The notes below the pieces were generated by a model that saw nothing but the letters and a program-made list of their open reading frames with translations, searched no databases and was not told the origin of the DNA. A stretch of DNA of 64,000 bases from Cenococcum geophilum. Lineage: Eukaryota. The position numbers were made by a program, and so were the translations under genes. Below, piece after piece: positions 39,461-52,999 of the stretch; within the stretch, counting starts at the first letter, position 1, and each line of letters begins with the position of its first letter. Location: positions 14,880,001-14,944,000 of the forward strand of contig CP158635.1 of the NCBI GenBank assembly GCA_050273025.1, read 5' to 3'.

Positions 39461-40329
39461 TGCAGGCTTTTAAAGAGTTTAATATCTATAAGCTGTATAT
39501 AGAGGGGGTTCTAAGGCAGATATAATAAAAGGCCTTTACTATAAGCATAAAAAACTAGTTCTGTAACTAGGCGGAAAAGAAATATTAGTATACTGTTTAG
39601 AATTTAACCTTAAGCTACGTTATATCTAATAAGCAAATTGCCGCTCTTTATAGCTACGCCTAGTATATAACTGGCTATAAGGCGCTTAAGAGAAACCTAC
39701 CTAATTAGAATTAGAATTAGCTTAGTAATAATCTAGATAAGTTTATTACCTTTATTTAAGCGGAGGTAGAAAAGGCAAATTAGGTAGAGAGCCAACTATT
39801 AGCATTAGTAAGTAAATTAAAAGATAGCGTAGAGCGGATATTACTATAGTCTAGAGTAGTGGAGAGGCGTATAATATTAGCAGCTTAAAGTCCGTAAATA
39901 TAAGTAGCCTAGTTACCTTAATTAATATCCGCCAAAAATTCGCATATAGGGCTACTAATACTATTACCTTCTTAGTTTATATCTAGTAGGAACGCGTAAC
40001 TAGCTAGCCTAAACTCTAGCTAGTAGAATACCTCTAGGCTAAGTATACTAAAACCCTATAACGGATATTAGTCCTAGCAACGCAATAATTAGGTTTAGTT
40101 TTTAACGCAAGGCGAATATCTAGGATCTTAAAGTTAGGCCCACTCTTAGATTTAACATTAGGCTAGGTATTAATAGCCCTAGGGTAATAATTAGCGTTAG
40201 TTATTATCCGGTATTAAATATCGGCCTCTTAGATATTAGGGTCTATACTATAATAATAGATATTAACTCCCTATAGCTCCCAGATATCTAAGTCTATACT
40301 ATAGTATTAGAAACTAGTCTCTAGGGTAG

Positions 40330-41070
40330 GCTAGGTATTATAGCTTATAAGGCAGCTTTATATTCTAACCCTTAAAATAATCTAGATATTAGAGCTTATA
40401 GCGGAGTATTAAGTTTTAGCCTTTAGAGCAATTTAGATATTAAAGCTTATAATAACGTGGGTGACAGGGTTTTAACGGTTTAATGGGTTTTGACGGTTTC
40501 CAACATCAAAACTCTAAGCGAGAGGCACAGACAAAGTTTGTATGGGAAACCTTAAAACCGTCAAAACCCTGTCACCCACGTTATAGTATTAAATCTAAAT
40601 CCTTAGGGCAGTCTAAGTATTAGAGCTTATAGTATAACACTAAGTCTTAACTTTTAGATAAGCCTAAGGTTTAATATTCGTAATATAGCACTAGATCTCC
40701 AATTATAAAAAATCCTAAAGTTTAAGATCTATACCGTAGCACCAGTTCCTAGGTAGTAGGAAATCTGGAAATTTAGAATTTAGAATATAGTATTAGATCT
40801 CCGCTCCTAGAAAATCCTAAGGCTTAGAATTTAGGTTATAATACTAAATCTCCGCTTTTAGGAAACTCTAAGGCCTAGGGTTTATAGGCTAATACTTAAT
40901 CTCCGCCCTCTAAACTAGGCGTAGTTTAAAATTTATATATTAATACTTAATCCCTATCTTCTAAATTAGGTACGGCTTAGAATTTACAGCCTAATATTTA
41001 ATCTCCGCTCTTTAAGCTAAGTGTAGCTTAGAACCTATAGCCTAGTACTTAATCTCCGCCCTCAGTTTTA
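40330..41070 (+). repeat. Degenerate ~51-bp tandem repeat downstream of helicase A
   Basis: AATACTTAATCTCCGC-like units at 40891, 40942, 40993, 41044; related units further upstream. Confidence 0.6.
40455..40581. mobile_element. MITE (Fot1/pogo-type ACGT termini), 127 bp
   Basis: TIR ACGTGGGTGACAGGGTTTT / AAAACCCTGTCACCCACGT with TA TSD. Confidence 0.9.
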
Positions 41071-41339
41071 GATATAACGTAGCTATTAGGTCCACCTCGC
41101 AGTAAGAAAAAATAAAAAGGCGTATTTACGCACTTTAAAAGTAAAAAATCCGCTTACTAAGTAAACCTAATATCTACTTATAACCCTTCTCTAGCACCTT
41201 AGCCAAGCAGTAATTTTATATTAATATTACTTTGTAAGTTAACTAGACGGCGCCCACTTACTTTAATTAGTAGTAACTTAACTATAAAGAATTTACGCGT
41301 TATAAATAAGCGTATATAAGGTAGTTAATATTTACTAAA

Positions 41340-43200
41340 GTAAGTTATAGCGGCGATTATTTATTAGCGAGCTAATTTAATAAAATTGGCAGCATGGATA
41401 TTTATCTTAATTAACCTCCGCACCTTTTCTTCTACTAACCTTCCACCTTACAGCACCGCACTATAAACTTTACCGTTATTATTTTATCTACTATCTATTA
41501 GTATACCACTATCTATAATACCTTTATTTATACCTCTAAATACATCCAACAGCTATTTAGTTAAGGAACTTAATATACGCGACGTTAATAATAAAATAAT
41601 TAAGGACGCTTTTAAGGACGCTCTTTCTTTTACTAATCCTTTAAAATCTCTACCTAAAGAGTAAGCTTTCTAATACTAAATTATGCCTATAGCTAATATA
41701 GTTTTAGGAAATATGTACTAAAGCACTCTTTATTAGATATAGCAGAGCACTATAATAATGCTATTGCAAAATCCGCTAGAAATCCGCTTACCTCTTTACT
41801 ACCTACTTCTCTGCCGCCTACCTCTTTGCTACCTTTATTTAAGCCGCTTATTTCTTTACCTATTACTTTTAAAAAGTTTAATCCTTATTATACTTCTACT
41901 TCTTTTAAAAGGTAGGCTAATAGAATTGCTGTGTAAAATATTTAGTATAAGATAGCTTTTAAATCGTATATATTAGCTATACTCTTTTAATATCTTATCT
42001 ACTAATTTACCTCTTATAGTAACCTAATAGAAATGTTAGAGATTTTAGATAATAATAAAAAGAGTAATCTTAATAACGCCGACTCTCCTAAAAGCCCTCC
42101 TCTATTATTTTATAATCTCTATAGTCCTCGTAATCTCTACAGTATATAAATGGCCTAAGCTATAACGTTGGATATTGACACAAATAAGTGTCTTCCTATT
42201 TAGGTGCCGTTAGTAAATAAATATTATACCCTAAAAGCTAGTGCTTAGGAGAATATAAAGGAAGCTTGCTAGCGAATATATACCTATATCCAGAATATTA
42301 AGGGTAGCTCTAGTATACTATATAATCCGCTATACGCTCTATATATTAAATAAGATTATAAATATCACGTTTATAAGCAGAACTCTAGGCTATATTTTAG
42401 AGGCGCGTACTTAAGATATTGCTTAAGTGGTAGGTTATATAGAAAGGTATATACTAATAATATACTACTATTCTATCGGCTAATACATATATAGGATAGT
42501 TCGCTAATACTAAAGCCGGTTATACCTTAGTGCAAAAAACATACGCAATTAGCTTCTATTAATAGTCTAGCTAGAACACCTACTAAAAAGGTATAATATC
42601 CGTATAGCTTTATACCCGCACTATCCCCCCTCTAGAGACCTCCCCTCCCCCTAAAACTCCTACCTATAGTAATATACGCAGCCGTAGAGGCACCCGTTCT
42701 GCTGCTGCTTTTTTTTACTCTTTTACTAATTCCTAGTACGCGTAGTGCTGCTTCTAATACTACTGCCGCTCCCGCTAGTACAGAAAATGTTAGGGCGTAT
42801 TTAGCAATTGCTGTTTCCGCGCGCGTTAATATAGTTTATAAATAGGTAACTAAGATAGTAAAAGATACTCGGGCTATAGATCGCCAGTTAAGTAAGCTTA
42901 AAGATTCTCTAAGTAAGATAAAGGATAAACTTGCGTTTATAAGGCGTAGTATTACTACATTTATATATAATACTGGGTTGCCAAATATAGAATTTAAGTA
43001 GATATAGGTTGGCTATTATTACGGGTTTAGAGTAATAAAATAGTAGCTTTTATCTCTCTGCTATTGCATATATAGGAATTAAGTCTCTACCTTATATTTA
43101 ATAGATATACTTAATTAATATTATAATATCTATATAGGCTAGGATAAGGATATCCGTATAAGCCAGGATAGAGATATTTATATATCTGCACCGTTAATGT
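41340..43200 (+). pseudogene. Intron-containing cargo gene, copy 1 (hexa-Cys motif + coiled coil)
   Basis: GTAAGC..GCTAAT..TAG introns; de-RIP C-x2-C-x6-C-x14-C-x2-C-x6-C at 42333-42440; tandem copy follows. Confidence 0.6.
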
Positions 43201-43209
43201 TTACTAGGG

Positions 43210-45190
43210 TAAGTCACTATAGTAGCAATTATTTATTAGTAAGCTAATTTAATAAAATCGGCAGCGTGGATATTTACCTTAATTAACCTCTATACCTCTT
43301 CTTCCTCTACTAACCTTCTACCTTATAGTACTATACCGCGAACTTTATTATTATTGTTTTATATACTATCCCTTAAAATACTACAATCTATAATACCTCC
43401 ATTTATACCTCTAAATAATATTAATACAAATAATAGTAACTAGGCAGTTAAGGAACTTAATATACGCGACGTTAATAATAAGGAGTTCAATACTGTTAAG
43501 CACGCTATAACTACTCTTACTAAGCCTTTAGGCTTTATTTCTAAAGAGTAAGCTTTCTAATACTAAATTATACCTATAGCTAATATAATTTTAGGAAATA
43601 TATACTAAGGCGCTCTTTATAGAATTTAGTAGATAACAATAATAAGGATAAAGCAAAATCCGTAGAAAACCTACTTACCTTTTTACTAGATGCCTTTCTA
43701 CTGCCTATATCTTTGCCATAGGCTACTTTACCATCCACTACTTTACTATCCGCATCTCTACTGCCGCCGCCTAATATATCTAAAAAGAGGCTTAATAAGG
43801 CTTGTTTGTTTTCTTTTCTTAAAAAGTGGGCTAAAAAGGCTGCTAATACGAATATAAAGCTTAAGATAGCTATTAAATTGTATATATTAGTTATACTATT
43901 TTAGTGTCTTATCTACTAATTTACCTCTTATAGTAACCTAAATACTATATATAAGGTTTCTTTAGATAGCGAATCTTTAGACGGCGACAAAGATAAGGAC
44001 CTTAATAATGCTAACTCTCGCAATCTCCGCAGCCCGTATAATCTTTATAGTACTCCTAATATAAATAAGCGCCTTCCTATCTAAGTACTATTAGCGAATA
44101 AATAGTATACTCTAAAAGCTAGTGTTTAGAATAATATAAAGGAAAGTTACTAGCGGATATTAACACACGTCTAGAATATTAAGGGTAGCTTTAGTAAGCT
44201 ATATAATCCGCTATATACTCTATATAAGAAGCATAGCCACAAATATCGCGTTTATAAAAAGGTCTCTGGGCTATATTTTAGGGGTGCGTGCTTAAGATAT
44301 TATATAGGTAGTAGGTCGTGCGGAAAGGTACATGCTAATAGTATACTATTATTCTGTTAGCTAATACACGTATAGGAAATTTTACTAAATCTAAAGCCGG
44401 TTATACTTTAGGGCAGAAAATATGCGTAATTAGCCTCTGCTAGTAGTCCAGCTGGAACACCTACTAAGAAGGTATACTATCCGCATTTTAATAATATGGA
44501 TATTGCTAATATTCGCATAGCTTTATTCTTATACTATCCCCGCCTACGCCACTACGCCTCCCCCTACTAAGACCTCCCCTCCTATTAAGACTCCTACTTA
44601 TAGTAGTATGCACAGCTGTAGGGGCACCTACTCTACTACCGCTCCTCTAACCCTTTTGCCAATTGCTAGCACGCTAGGTGCTACTATTACTACCGCCGCT
44701 TTCGCTAGCACTAGGTCTATTAGGGTATATTTAGCAATCGCTGTTTCTATATATATTAATATAGTTTATAAACGGGTAACTAATATAGCAAAAGATATTC
44801 GAGCTATAGATCGCTAGTTTAATAAGTTTAAAGATTCTTTAAGTAAAATAAAGGATAGGCTTGCGTTCATAAGGCGTAGTGTTATTATACTTATACGTAA
44901 TACTAGGCTACTAGATATTAAATATAGGTAGATATAAGTTAGCTATTGCTACAGGTTAGCTATTATTACTAGTTTATAATAATAAAATAGTAGCTTATAC
45001 CTTTTTGCTACTATATATATAGGAACCAAGTCTCTGCCTTACATTTAATAGATATACTTAATTAATATTATAATATCCGCATAAGCTAAGATAATGATAT
45101 CTATATAAGCTAAGATAATAATATCCGCGTAAGCTAATATAAAAATATCCGCATAAGCTAAGATAAAGATATTTATATATCTGCACTATA
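43210..45190 (+). pseudogene. Intron-containing cargo gene, copy 2 (tandem duplicate)
   Basis: Colinear with 41340-43200; motif at 44214-44321 retains two TGC codons (GAC, RSC). Confidence 0.6.
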
Positions 45191-45249
45191 AAATAGCCTA
45201 CTGCTATATTATATACTACGCACTAAGAAGATTATACGCTAGCTAGAGT

Positions 45250-47750
45250 TAATATTAATAAAAAGAACTCGATTAATATATTAAGATAAAAACGTACCAT
45301 AAGCCTAAGCATTTAAAAGTCCTCTAGTATATTATCTATAGCCTTATTAAATCCGTCCTTATAAAAGTTATATAGTAAACCGCTAATATAAGACATCCGT
45401 ATATTAAAATCAGTAATACCGCCCTATAAGAGCCGCTCTAATCTAAGTTAAAGAATAGTAAGTGCCTTAAACCTAATGTCCTGCATACGCTAACGCATAA
45501 TTAAATCCTTAGCAATTATATCTATAAGGGACTGGATATTAACCGCAGGAGACTTAATTATATAATTGGATATCGTCTACTTACTAAATACATCCTTAAA
45601 CTTAGTATAAAGAGGTCTAGTATAGCTTATAGTAAGAACGCTCTACCTAAATAGAGAGTCTACTCTAAAGGTTAAGTTTCCGCGTAATTAGAGTAACTCC
45701 TTTAGCTAAAGATTTATTAGTTTATTAAGTCGATTAGCTTTAAAAAAGCTATTTAGCTATCCATAATTATTAATTAGCCCATTTATAAGTATGGCCTACT
45801 ATAGTACTAGATTATACGCCTTTATTATAATTAACCTCTAGAAGTATATTATTTTAGATATATAGTTATTGCTCCTTAATCCGGCGAAGTAAAGGCAAAC
45901 GTAGGCAATTATACGCTTTAAAAGGCTAATATCCGCATACTTAATAGCATATTTCAACACTTTATATATTTTAACCACCTATAGATACCAAATATAATTA
46001 AAGAACTCTATATTAATAATCTAAGCAGGCTAGCTCGTAGTAGCAGAGTTAGGTACTATCTAAGAACCTCCGCAGGTAAAGGGCTGCAAAGAAACCAATT
46101 TATTAGCCTTATAGCCGACGTTAGAGCTAAAACCCACTGCGTAGACATCCTCAATATACTATAGAAACTGCTTAGGCGTTAAGGATCCAATATATCTTTT
46201 AATCGCACCTTCTTTGTAGATATTAAGCCTATCGCGGATATGTGTTAAGAAGAGTGCAATAATGCAGGCATTAAAACTATATAGTACTAGCTCCTTAAGA
46301 TAGTAAAAGAGAGGGCACTTTATAGGAATATTTTATCGCCTAAGGTGATTTATATAAGTATAGAGCGTAGAGTACTACTACGTATATTACTTACTACTAA
46401 AGAAAGTCCTTATAATTATATATAGGAAGTTTAACTAGAGGTGCCAAAGACCTAAAATAGGTAGTACCTAACGGTGGCTATTATATAAGAGCGTAGCCTC
46501 TACTCACTCCCGCTTATAGGCGTAAATAAGCTTTATAGTTTTCTAGTCACCGTACGCTAGATATAATTGGTCCTAAAAATCGTTATCGTAATTAAGCTGT
46601 AGTTGCTCTAGGAAGATCGTCTTAAGTATACGGTAGTTGCTATTTATAGAAGCCTCGCTCTTTATAATAGGGCCCAGGTTTATATAGGTTATCTTTACAG
46701 ATAGTAAAATATTAATCTCTGGTATACGCGGATATTTAAGCTCAGTATTAGATTTAAAAATACTATTTACGGCAGTAGAATACGTGCTTTAGAGAGCATC
46801 GGCAATTATAAAAATAGATATCTAATTTTAAACGCTATTATATATATTACCTAGCGCCTTAGCAATATCCTTAATCTAAAGCTATACCTAGTTATACAGC
46901 ATACTTTAAAAAAGGCTATTAGGGGGAATATAAGATCCGCGGATAAGCTTTCCAATAGTATAGGAATGGAAAACACTAATATCTCCAATTAACTAATATC
47001 GCGTTTGCTTAAGGTAGTTAAAATTATTATATATAATATAAATATTATTAAGTGCGGATATTAATTAGAGGTAAGTCTTTAATAACATTAGCGCTAGTAT
47101 ATCCGCCGCTAGTATTATAACTTTCCTTAAAGCGTTTAGCTAATTCTATCTTTTAGCAGTTAAGCGTCTTATATCCGTTAATAAGCCCTAGTCTATAAAG
47201 CAGTAATAGAACCCAACGCTTTATACCTATACCTTAAAAATAAAAACTAAGAAGCTAAGTAAAATAATTAGCAGAGCTTTAAGCGCGGCTTAATAAAAGG
47301 ATAGATATAAGAAGAACAACCCGCCCTAAGTGCGGATTTTATAATTTATTAATTCTTAACTATGCCAATAATCCTTCTATTAGTTAGTAGAGTAGAGGGG
47401 CATATTAGCTAATTGCTTTATAGCCCTCTAAGAATTAAATATCTTTAAACTCTAGATCTAACTTCTATAGGCTAAAGATAACCGTCTTCTGCTAAAGATT
47501 ATAAAGCTCTTTATAAAAGATATCTATAACTACATTAATTAGTTCCAAATAGATATCTACAGTCTCTATAATCGCATTATAGATTTCTTCGTCCCCTAGA
47601 AGGGTAGTAATAAGCTCCTTTACCTTCTTCTTTTTTATCTTCTTCTTTCTTTACGTATTATCTTTTTTTACAGCACTAAGCTATAGCCACGCTAAAGAAA
47701 GGTTACTAAAGGACCATCGCCAGTCCTATAAATGCTCTAAAATAACCTTA
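45250..47750 (-). pseudogene. DUF6589-type (Academ-like) transposase A, RIP-inactivated
   Basis: LAYGD*KT..YxSHR*VLPILGLWHL at 46438-46560 (GDQKT...GLWH motif); boundaries approximate. Confidence 0.7.
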
Positions 47751-48589
47751 ATCTTCTCTTCCTTTATTATCTAGCGCGATATCCACTCGGCAAATGCTCT
47801 AGTTAGTATTTAAATAGGCGTCCGCCGGTTAACTAATATTATATTTATAGTGGGAGTAAGTAATTTAATTGTTAACACATCACCTATTTAGCGGCGCTTT
47901 CTGCTTAATATCGCGGAGGCTAGTAGGGTAGAGATATTTATCGATTATAGAGCTGCTTCTACGGATTAATTTAACGGTATTTCTAAGATAATAGCTGCTA
48001 TAGGGGTGTAGATTAATTTCGTTAAAGATAGTAACTGCTCTATATATAAAATAAGTTATGTCACTTAATAAAGTCTAGAAAAGTCCCTTAGACCATAGAA
48101 TTAACTTTTTAACAAAAAAGGTTAGCGATATCCGCTTGCGGATATACGTATGTCCGCTAATTAATTCTATAGTCTGAGCTTGCTAAGGTAAACGTCTAAG
48201 AGCCTTTGGCGAGTTTTATTAAAATTATAACTAAAATCCGCCAAGCAGAGATTGCGGATATTTAATTCATTTATTTATATAACGCATTATTATTACTACA
48301 TAAAGCCACTTTTTTTTTTAAGACTTAGGGCTTCTAAATAGTATAAATTTTATAATACGGCTATTACTTAGTCCTAATATTAATTTCATTAAAGTTAAAA
48401 ATCGCGTTGTTAAAATTATAAATATATATTATATCTTATTAAATAGTCTACTAATATAGATAAAACTATACAGATCTATAGATATCTACTACTTAAAGCT
48501 ATTGCAATACCTAGTAGGTGTTATAGTTAGGTCCTTCCTTAAAAATACCCTCCCTTGGCCCGGAGAGCCTCTGCTACTACTAGGGGGTA

Positions 48590-49260
48590 AGCTTTGGGCA
48601 GAGCCTTATGCAGAGCCTTAGTAGAGCTTTATATAGAGCTTCGTATAGAGCTTCGTGCAGAGCTTCGTGCAGAGCCTCATGCAGAGCCTTAGTAGAGCTT
48701 CGTGCAGAGCTTCGTGCAGAGCTTCGTGCAGGCGTGCAGACATGTAGCTGTGCAGACGTTCGTACGGGCGATCAATTGCAGAGACATTTGTAGAGACGTT
48801 TGTATGGGCAATTGATCGATTAATTGTATGGGCGTTTGTACGGGCGTTTATACGGGCGATTATAGAACCTTCCTAGTATGACGATAGAGCTGACGACTAC
48901 AATTTATAATTGCCACTGTCGACAACGCCACTCAGTCAGTATGGGAATCGACAATAGGGCTTCGAGCAGAGCTTCGAGCAGAGCTTCGAGCAGAGCTTCG
49001 AGCAGAGCTTCGAGCGGAGCTTCGTGCGGAGCTTCGGGCAGAGCTTTGTGCGGAGCTTTCGAGCAGAGCTTTGTGCGGAGCTTTCGAGCAGAGCTTTGTG
49101 CGGAGCTTCGAGCAGAGCTTTGTGCGGAGCTTCGAGCAGAGCTTTGTGCGGGGCTTCGAGCAGAGCTTCGAGCGGAGCTTTGAGCGGAGCTTCGTGCAGG
49201 GCTTTTGCAGAGCTTCGTGAGAGCTCCGTGCAGAGCTCCGTACAGAAAGCTCCGCAGCTC
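48590..49260. repeat. 11-bp minisatellite arrays (CAGAGCTTCGT/CAGAGCTTCGA)
   Basis: Two arrays, about 48595-48730 and 48958-49250. Confidence 0.9.
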
Positions 49261-50379
49261 TACGCAGAGGGCTGGCCGCGTGGGCGTAAGCGTTTAGCGT
49301 TGGTGTTTACTGCGCGGCTCGGCGGTCCAGAGGTAAAATTAGGGCCTCTACGGCGGCGACTTCCTCTTAACATTGCGCGGGTATAAGGAGCTAAGGATCT
49401 CATAGCTTTATAGAGTAGGCTTTTCTCTATAATTTGGTGTACTTTTAATATTAATAGATATTATGGGAGGGTAGATTAATTTCGTTAAAGTTAATAAAGT
49501 CTTCTTATATAAACAGTGTTTAGGTTTTCTACAAATCTCGCCAAAGTCCCTCAGACCAAGAAAACGATTGCCGTCCTAAATCAGCTTAGCGGACGGTGCG
49601 GATATTCCTATATCCGCACAATCGATTTCTTAGTCTAAGCTTCTAAGGTAAATTAATTAACTCAGGCGCGATCTGAATTTAGACTCTACTACTTATACTA
49701 TAACTAAAATCGAGACTTAATCGTAATGTTGCAGTTGTAAAACTTATATGGCGCGTACTTTAATTTTCGCTTATCTTAGTATGCTTAGACTATATAGGAG
49801 GCCGGATAAATCTGGCCTGATGGCACTAAACCAGTTTAGGCCATCTATCCCTGTGTGGTCTAAGACACTTTAGCAGACGTTTATAAAGCACGTCGCGATA
49901 TCCGCATAGCTAATATTACGGATATTCACTTCTTATTCTTACGACAAGTTTAGGCAGCTTAAAAAATCCATTAATTATACACTAGGCTCCGGCGAATCAA
50001 ATAGTCTATATAAGAAGTCTCCCCGCCTTTTTATTCCTAATATTAATTTTAAAATAGCCGTAACGCGGTTTGCTAAAGTAAATAATTAGCAATATCCGCA
50101 CTAATAACGCGTTAATTTTAACTACCCACTCTTTATCTATTATATCTATAATCTAATAATTAAAACCTATTAAGATCTATCTATTATAACGTATTTAAGT
50201 CCTCCCTACCTTTATTTAACCCTCTATTCTCCCTCTACTACTTTTAAGCGCTATCTACTAATACCTCTATTAAAGTAAATAAGGTAAAGAGGTTGTAAAC
50301 TATAAGTTAGTTAAGTAGATTAATAAGCTAGCAGTACGTAATAGGCTAGGGATTATATTAAAATGGATCCCTAGCGGTC

Positions 50380-52060
50380 TCTACAGCTATATAGCCTGTG
50401 GAGGAAGCTACCCTAGCTTATAAGCAGCTCTTATAAACTTTAAATAAGTAAGCTAGATAAAGCTATTGCGGAGATATATCCGTACCGCGGTTATATAAAG
50501 CAGCTCAAGGCCCTAAGGGTGCTAATATTTAAGCGGTAAGATCTTATGCTTGTAGTAAAGACGTCTTTTAGCAAGAGTATAATAATATAAGCACTACTAT
50601 GTCTTATACCTAATGTAGTTATTATTATTATTATTCTACTTAACGCGATTAGGTTAGAGTAAGTAAAAAAGATTATAAAGCTACCTTATGTTTAACCTGT
50701 TTATATATAGGAGAAAACAATATTCATTAAGCTAATTAAGGATATCCGCATAGGCAGCTATATACATATCCTTATCTCCCTAAAGCTTTTAGTTAGTAAT
50801 AAGCTATATAAGGTTCTAATAGACCCGATATTTCGTTCCTATATTGCCCTTATAGTGGTTAATAAAGTACACCTACTTACTAATTAGGAAGAGACCTTCC
50901 GTATAGCATACACACAACTCTTTAAAGTACGTTTAGTCTTAGTTAATAAGCCTTAGTTTATATATACCGCAACACTAAACCCATCTATATTTCAGACTAT
51001 ATATAAGCTAGCTAGGTTTAAACCTAATATATAAGTTATTAAAACCCTAATTAATTGGCTAGAGCTAAAGATTATATAGAGGGTTATAACCGCGCTAGAG
51101 AAGAAGGACTTTTAAGCTCTTTACTTTACTATTACTACTGCTTTAGTATATTTATATACTACTAGTAATAGTAACTAAGGAGAAGGCGAGTAATTAAAAA
51201 GCTACTTAATATCCACACAGTAGACATACCGCTAATAGTTTAATTAACTTTAGCTAATTTTAAAGACAATCATCTTCTTTAATTCTAAGGAGTGGATAGC
51301 TGCCTATTGTAATACTATTTATAGCTAGTTAATCTATTATAGCTATAATACTACTATTGCTAGAGAAGCGGTGTAGAGCTACTACGTAATGCTTACGGAT
51401 ATTAATAAAGACCGCTTATACGCCGAATACGCGCGCCCAACGTCTTAAATTTAAATTTTTATTGCATTAGATGTAGTAGTATACAGTATAGATATCCCAG
51501 ATATCTACTATTTAATTTAATATAGAATGCCTTGCTATAAATCCTATAATATACTGGCACAGCGGTTTAGCCAGGTAGGCTAAAGAGAAGGCCTCTTAGG
51601 CGAAGTAATCTTTATAGTTAAGAGCCGCTGGCGAAGTCCTTATAATAAATTAGGTGGTTCTAAGTATATATAACCTTAGTATATAGGCGATCTTCGCGTA
51701 AGCGCGCTGCGTAATAATATCCGCAGGCGATAAAACGTAGAGACTGCGGATATTGCGGGCGATGCTTTATCTATAGCGTTAGTTAGTATTAAGCAGTTAG
51801 TAGATATAAGAAGCGGGCGTAGGTTAAGCCCTAGTAGTTCTATAGTACGCCTACCTAAAGAGCTTATCGTACTAACCCTACGTCTAAAAAAGCGGTTAAC
51901 TAATGCGCAGTTACATAGTAAACTGCCGTTCACCCTATAGCGGCTAGTTAATAAGGATTAGGTATACTTATAAGTAATATAACTTATATACTATAGAGAC
52001 CTACAGTCTACTATTAGTAAAGACTTATATTGCAGTAACTATAACCTAGTAATATTTATG
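50380..52060 (+). pseudogene. RecQ-like SF2 helicase B (AcademH-like), RIP-inactivated
   Basis: KTSFGKS (~50560), VVDEVHL..WGETFR (~50855), TATL, GMDIPDI, QRFGRVG (~51560). Confidence 0.82.
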
Positions 52061-52999
52061 GATTGTAAGTACAATATTTATACTAGCTATAGTATAGATA
52101 TTACAAAAACCTACTAGGAGCCTATATTAAGCAATATATAGAAGTAGTTATATAATAGGCGGAGGCTAGGTATTAGGATATATTATAAACGCCTATAGTT
52201 AATTGTGTTATACTAAATAAGTAGCTTTATCGCCTCTATAATATAGGGTAGGTTTTAAATATAGCATCATTAAGGCAAGCAATGCCTAAGTGGAATCCTA
52301 ATATCCTTAGTAAGGAGCTTCTATCCCTTATTAAGCTTTTAGCAAATAAGAAATAAAAATAGAAATAGAAAGAAATAGGGCAACTCTTAGGTTCTTCTAG
52401 GTTAATTATATAGATATTAAAGCGGTTTTCCTAAGCATTAAAGCAGCACGCTGCTATAAATAAGCGCTTATTATAGGCTCTTATATAAGCTTTACAGGTT
52501 TTAAATAGAAGATTTAAAATATTAGCGCCGTGGCAATTAGCGCCTTACTATAGCGCTAATATATTGTAGGCTAGTTAATAGTTAGCTATAAACCTCTTAC
52601 TAATAACTTAGGAAGAGAATATACCTATACCTTTACTAACTCTTAGGTCTCCAGCTCCTACTTCTCTATTATTACCCTTATACTAACCGTCAGATACATC
52701 TATACCGCTAGCAACCCGCTAGTTAGATATATCTTTATTAATACTATAAAGGCGGTTAGCGCGATTAAATAGAGGTAAACGTATATAAAGAGCACTATAG
52801 GAAATTAATGGTAACGCTAATTAGTATATAGCGGGCTAATATTAGGCAAGGTTAGTTAATATTAGGCAGGGTTAGCTAATACTAGGTAAGTTTACCTTAT
52901 ATCTACTAAGCGGATATTATAACTATAGTAGCTAATATCTATTAAAATAACGCCCCCCTTTCCCTTATACCTTATACCCCTAATAAGCGCGGCCTAGGA

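Noticed and set aside
48608..49386. RAELCAEL / ASSRAL ORFs and a CRISPR-like appearance
   Set aside because: Contiguous 11-bp satellite with no unique spacers, in a eukaryotic genome
37780..52060. Telomere-linked helicase or Sgs1 interpretation
   Set aside because: No telomeric repeats; each helicase is paired with a convergent transposase-like ORF inside TIR/TSD-bounded DNA
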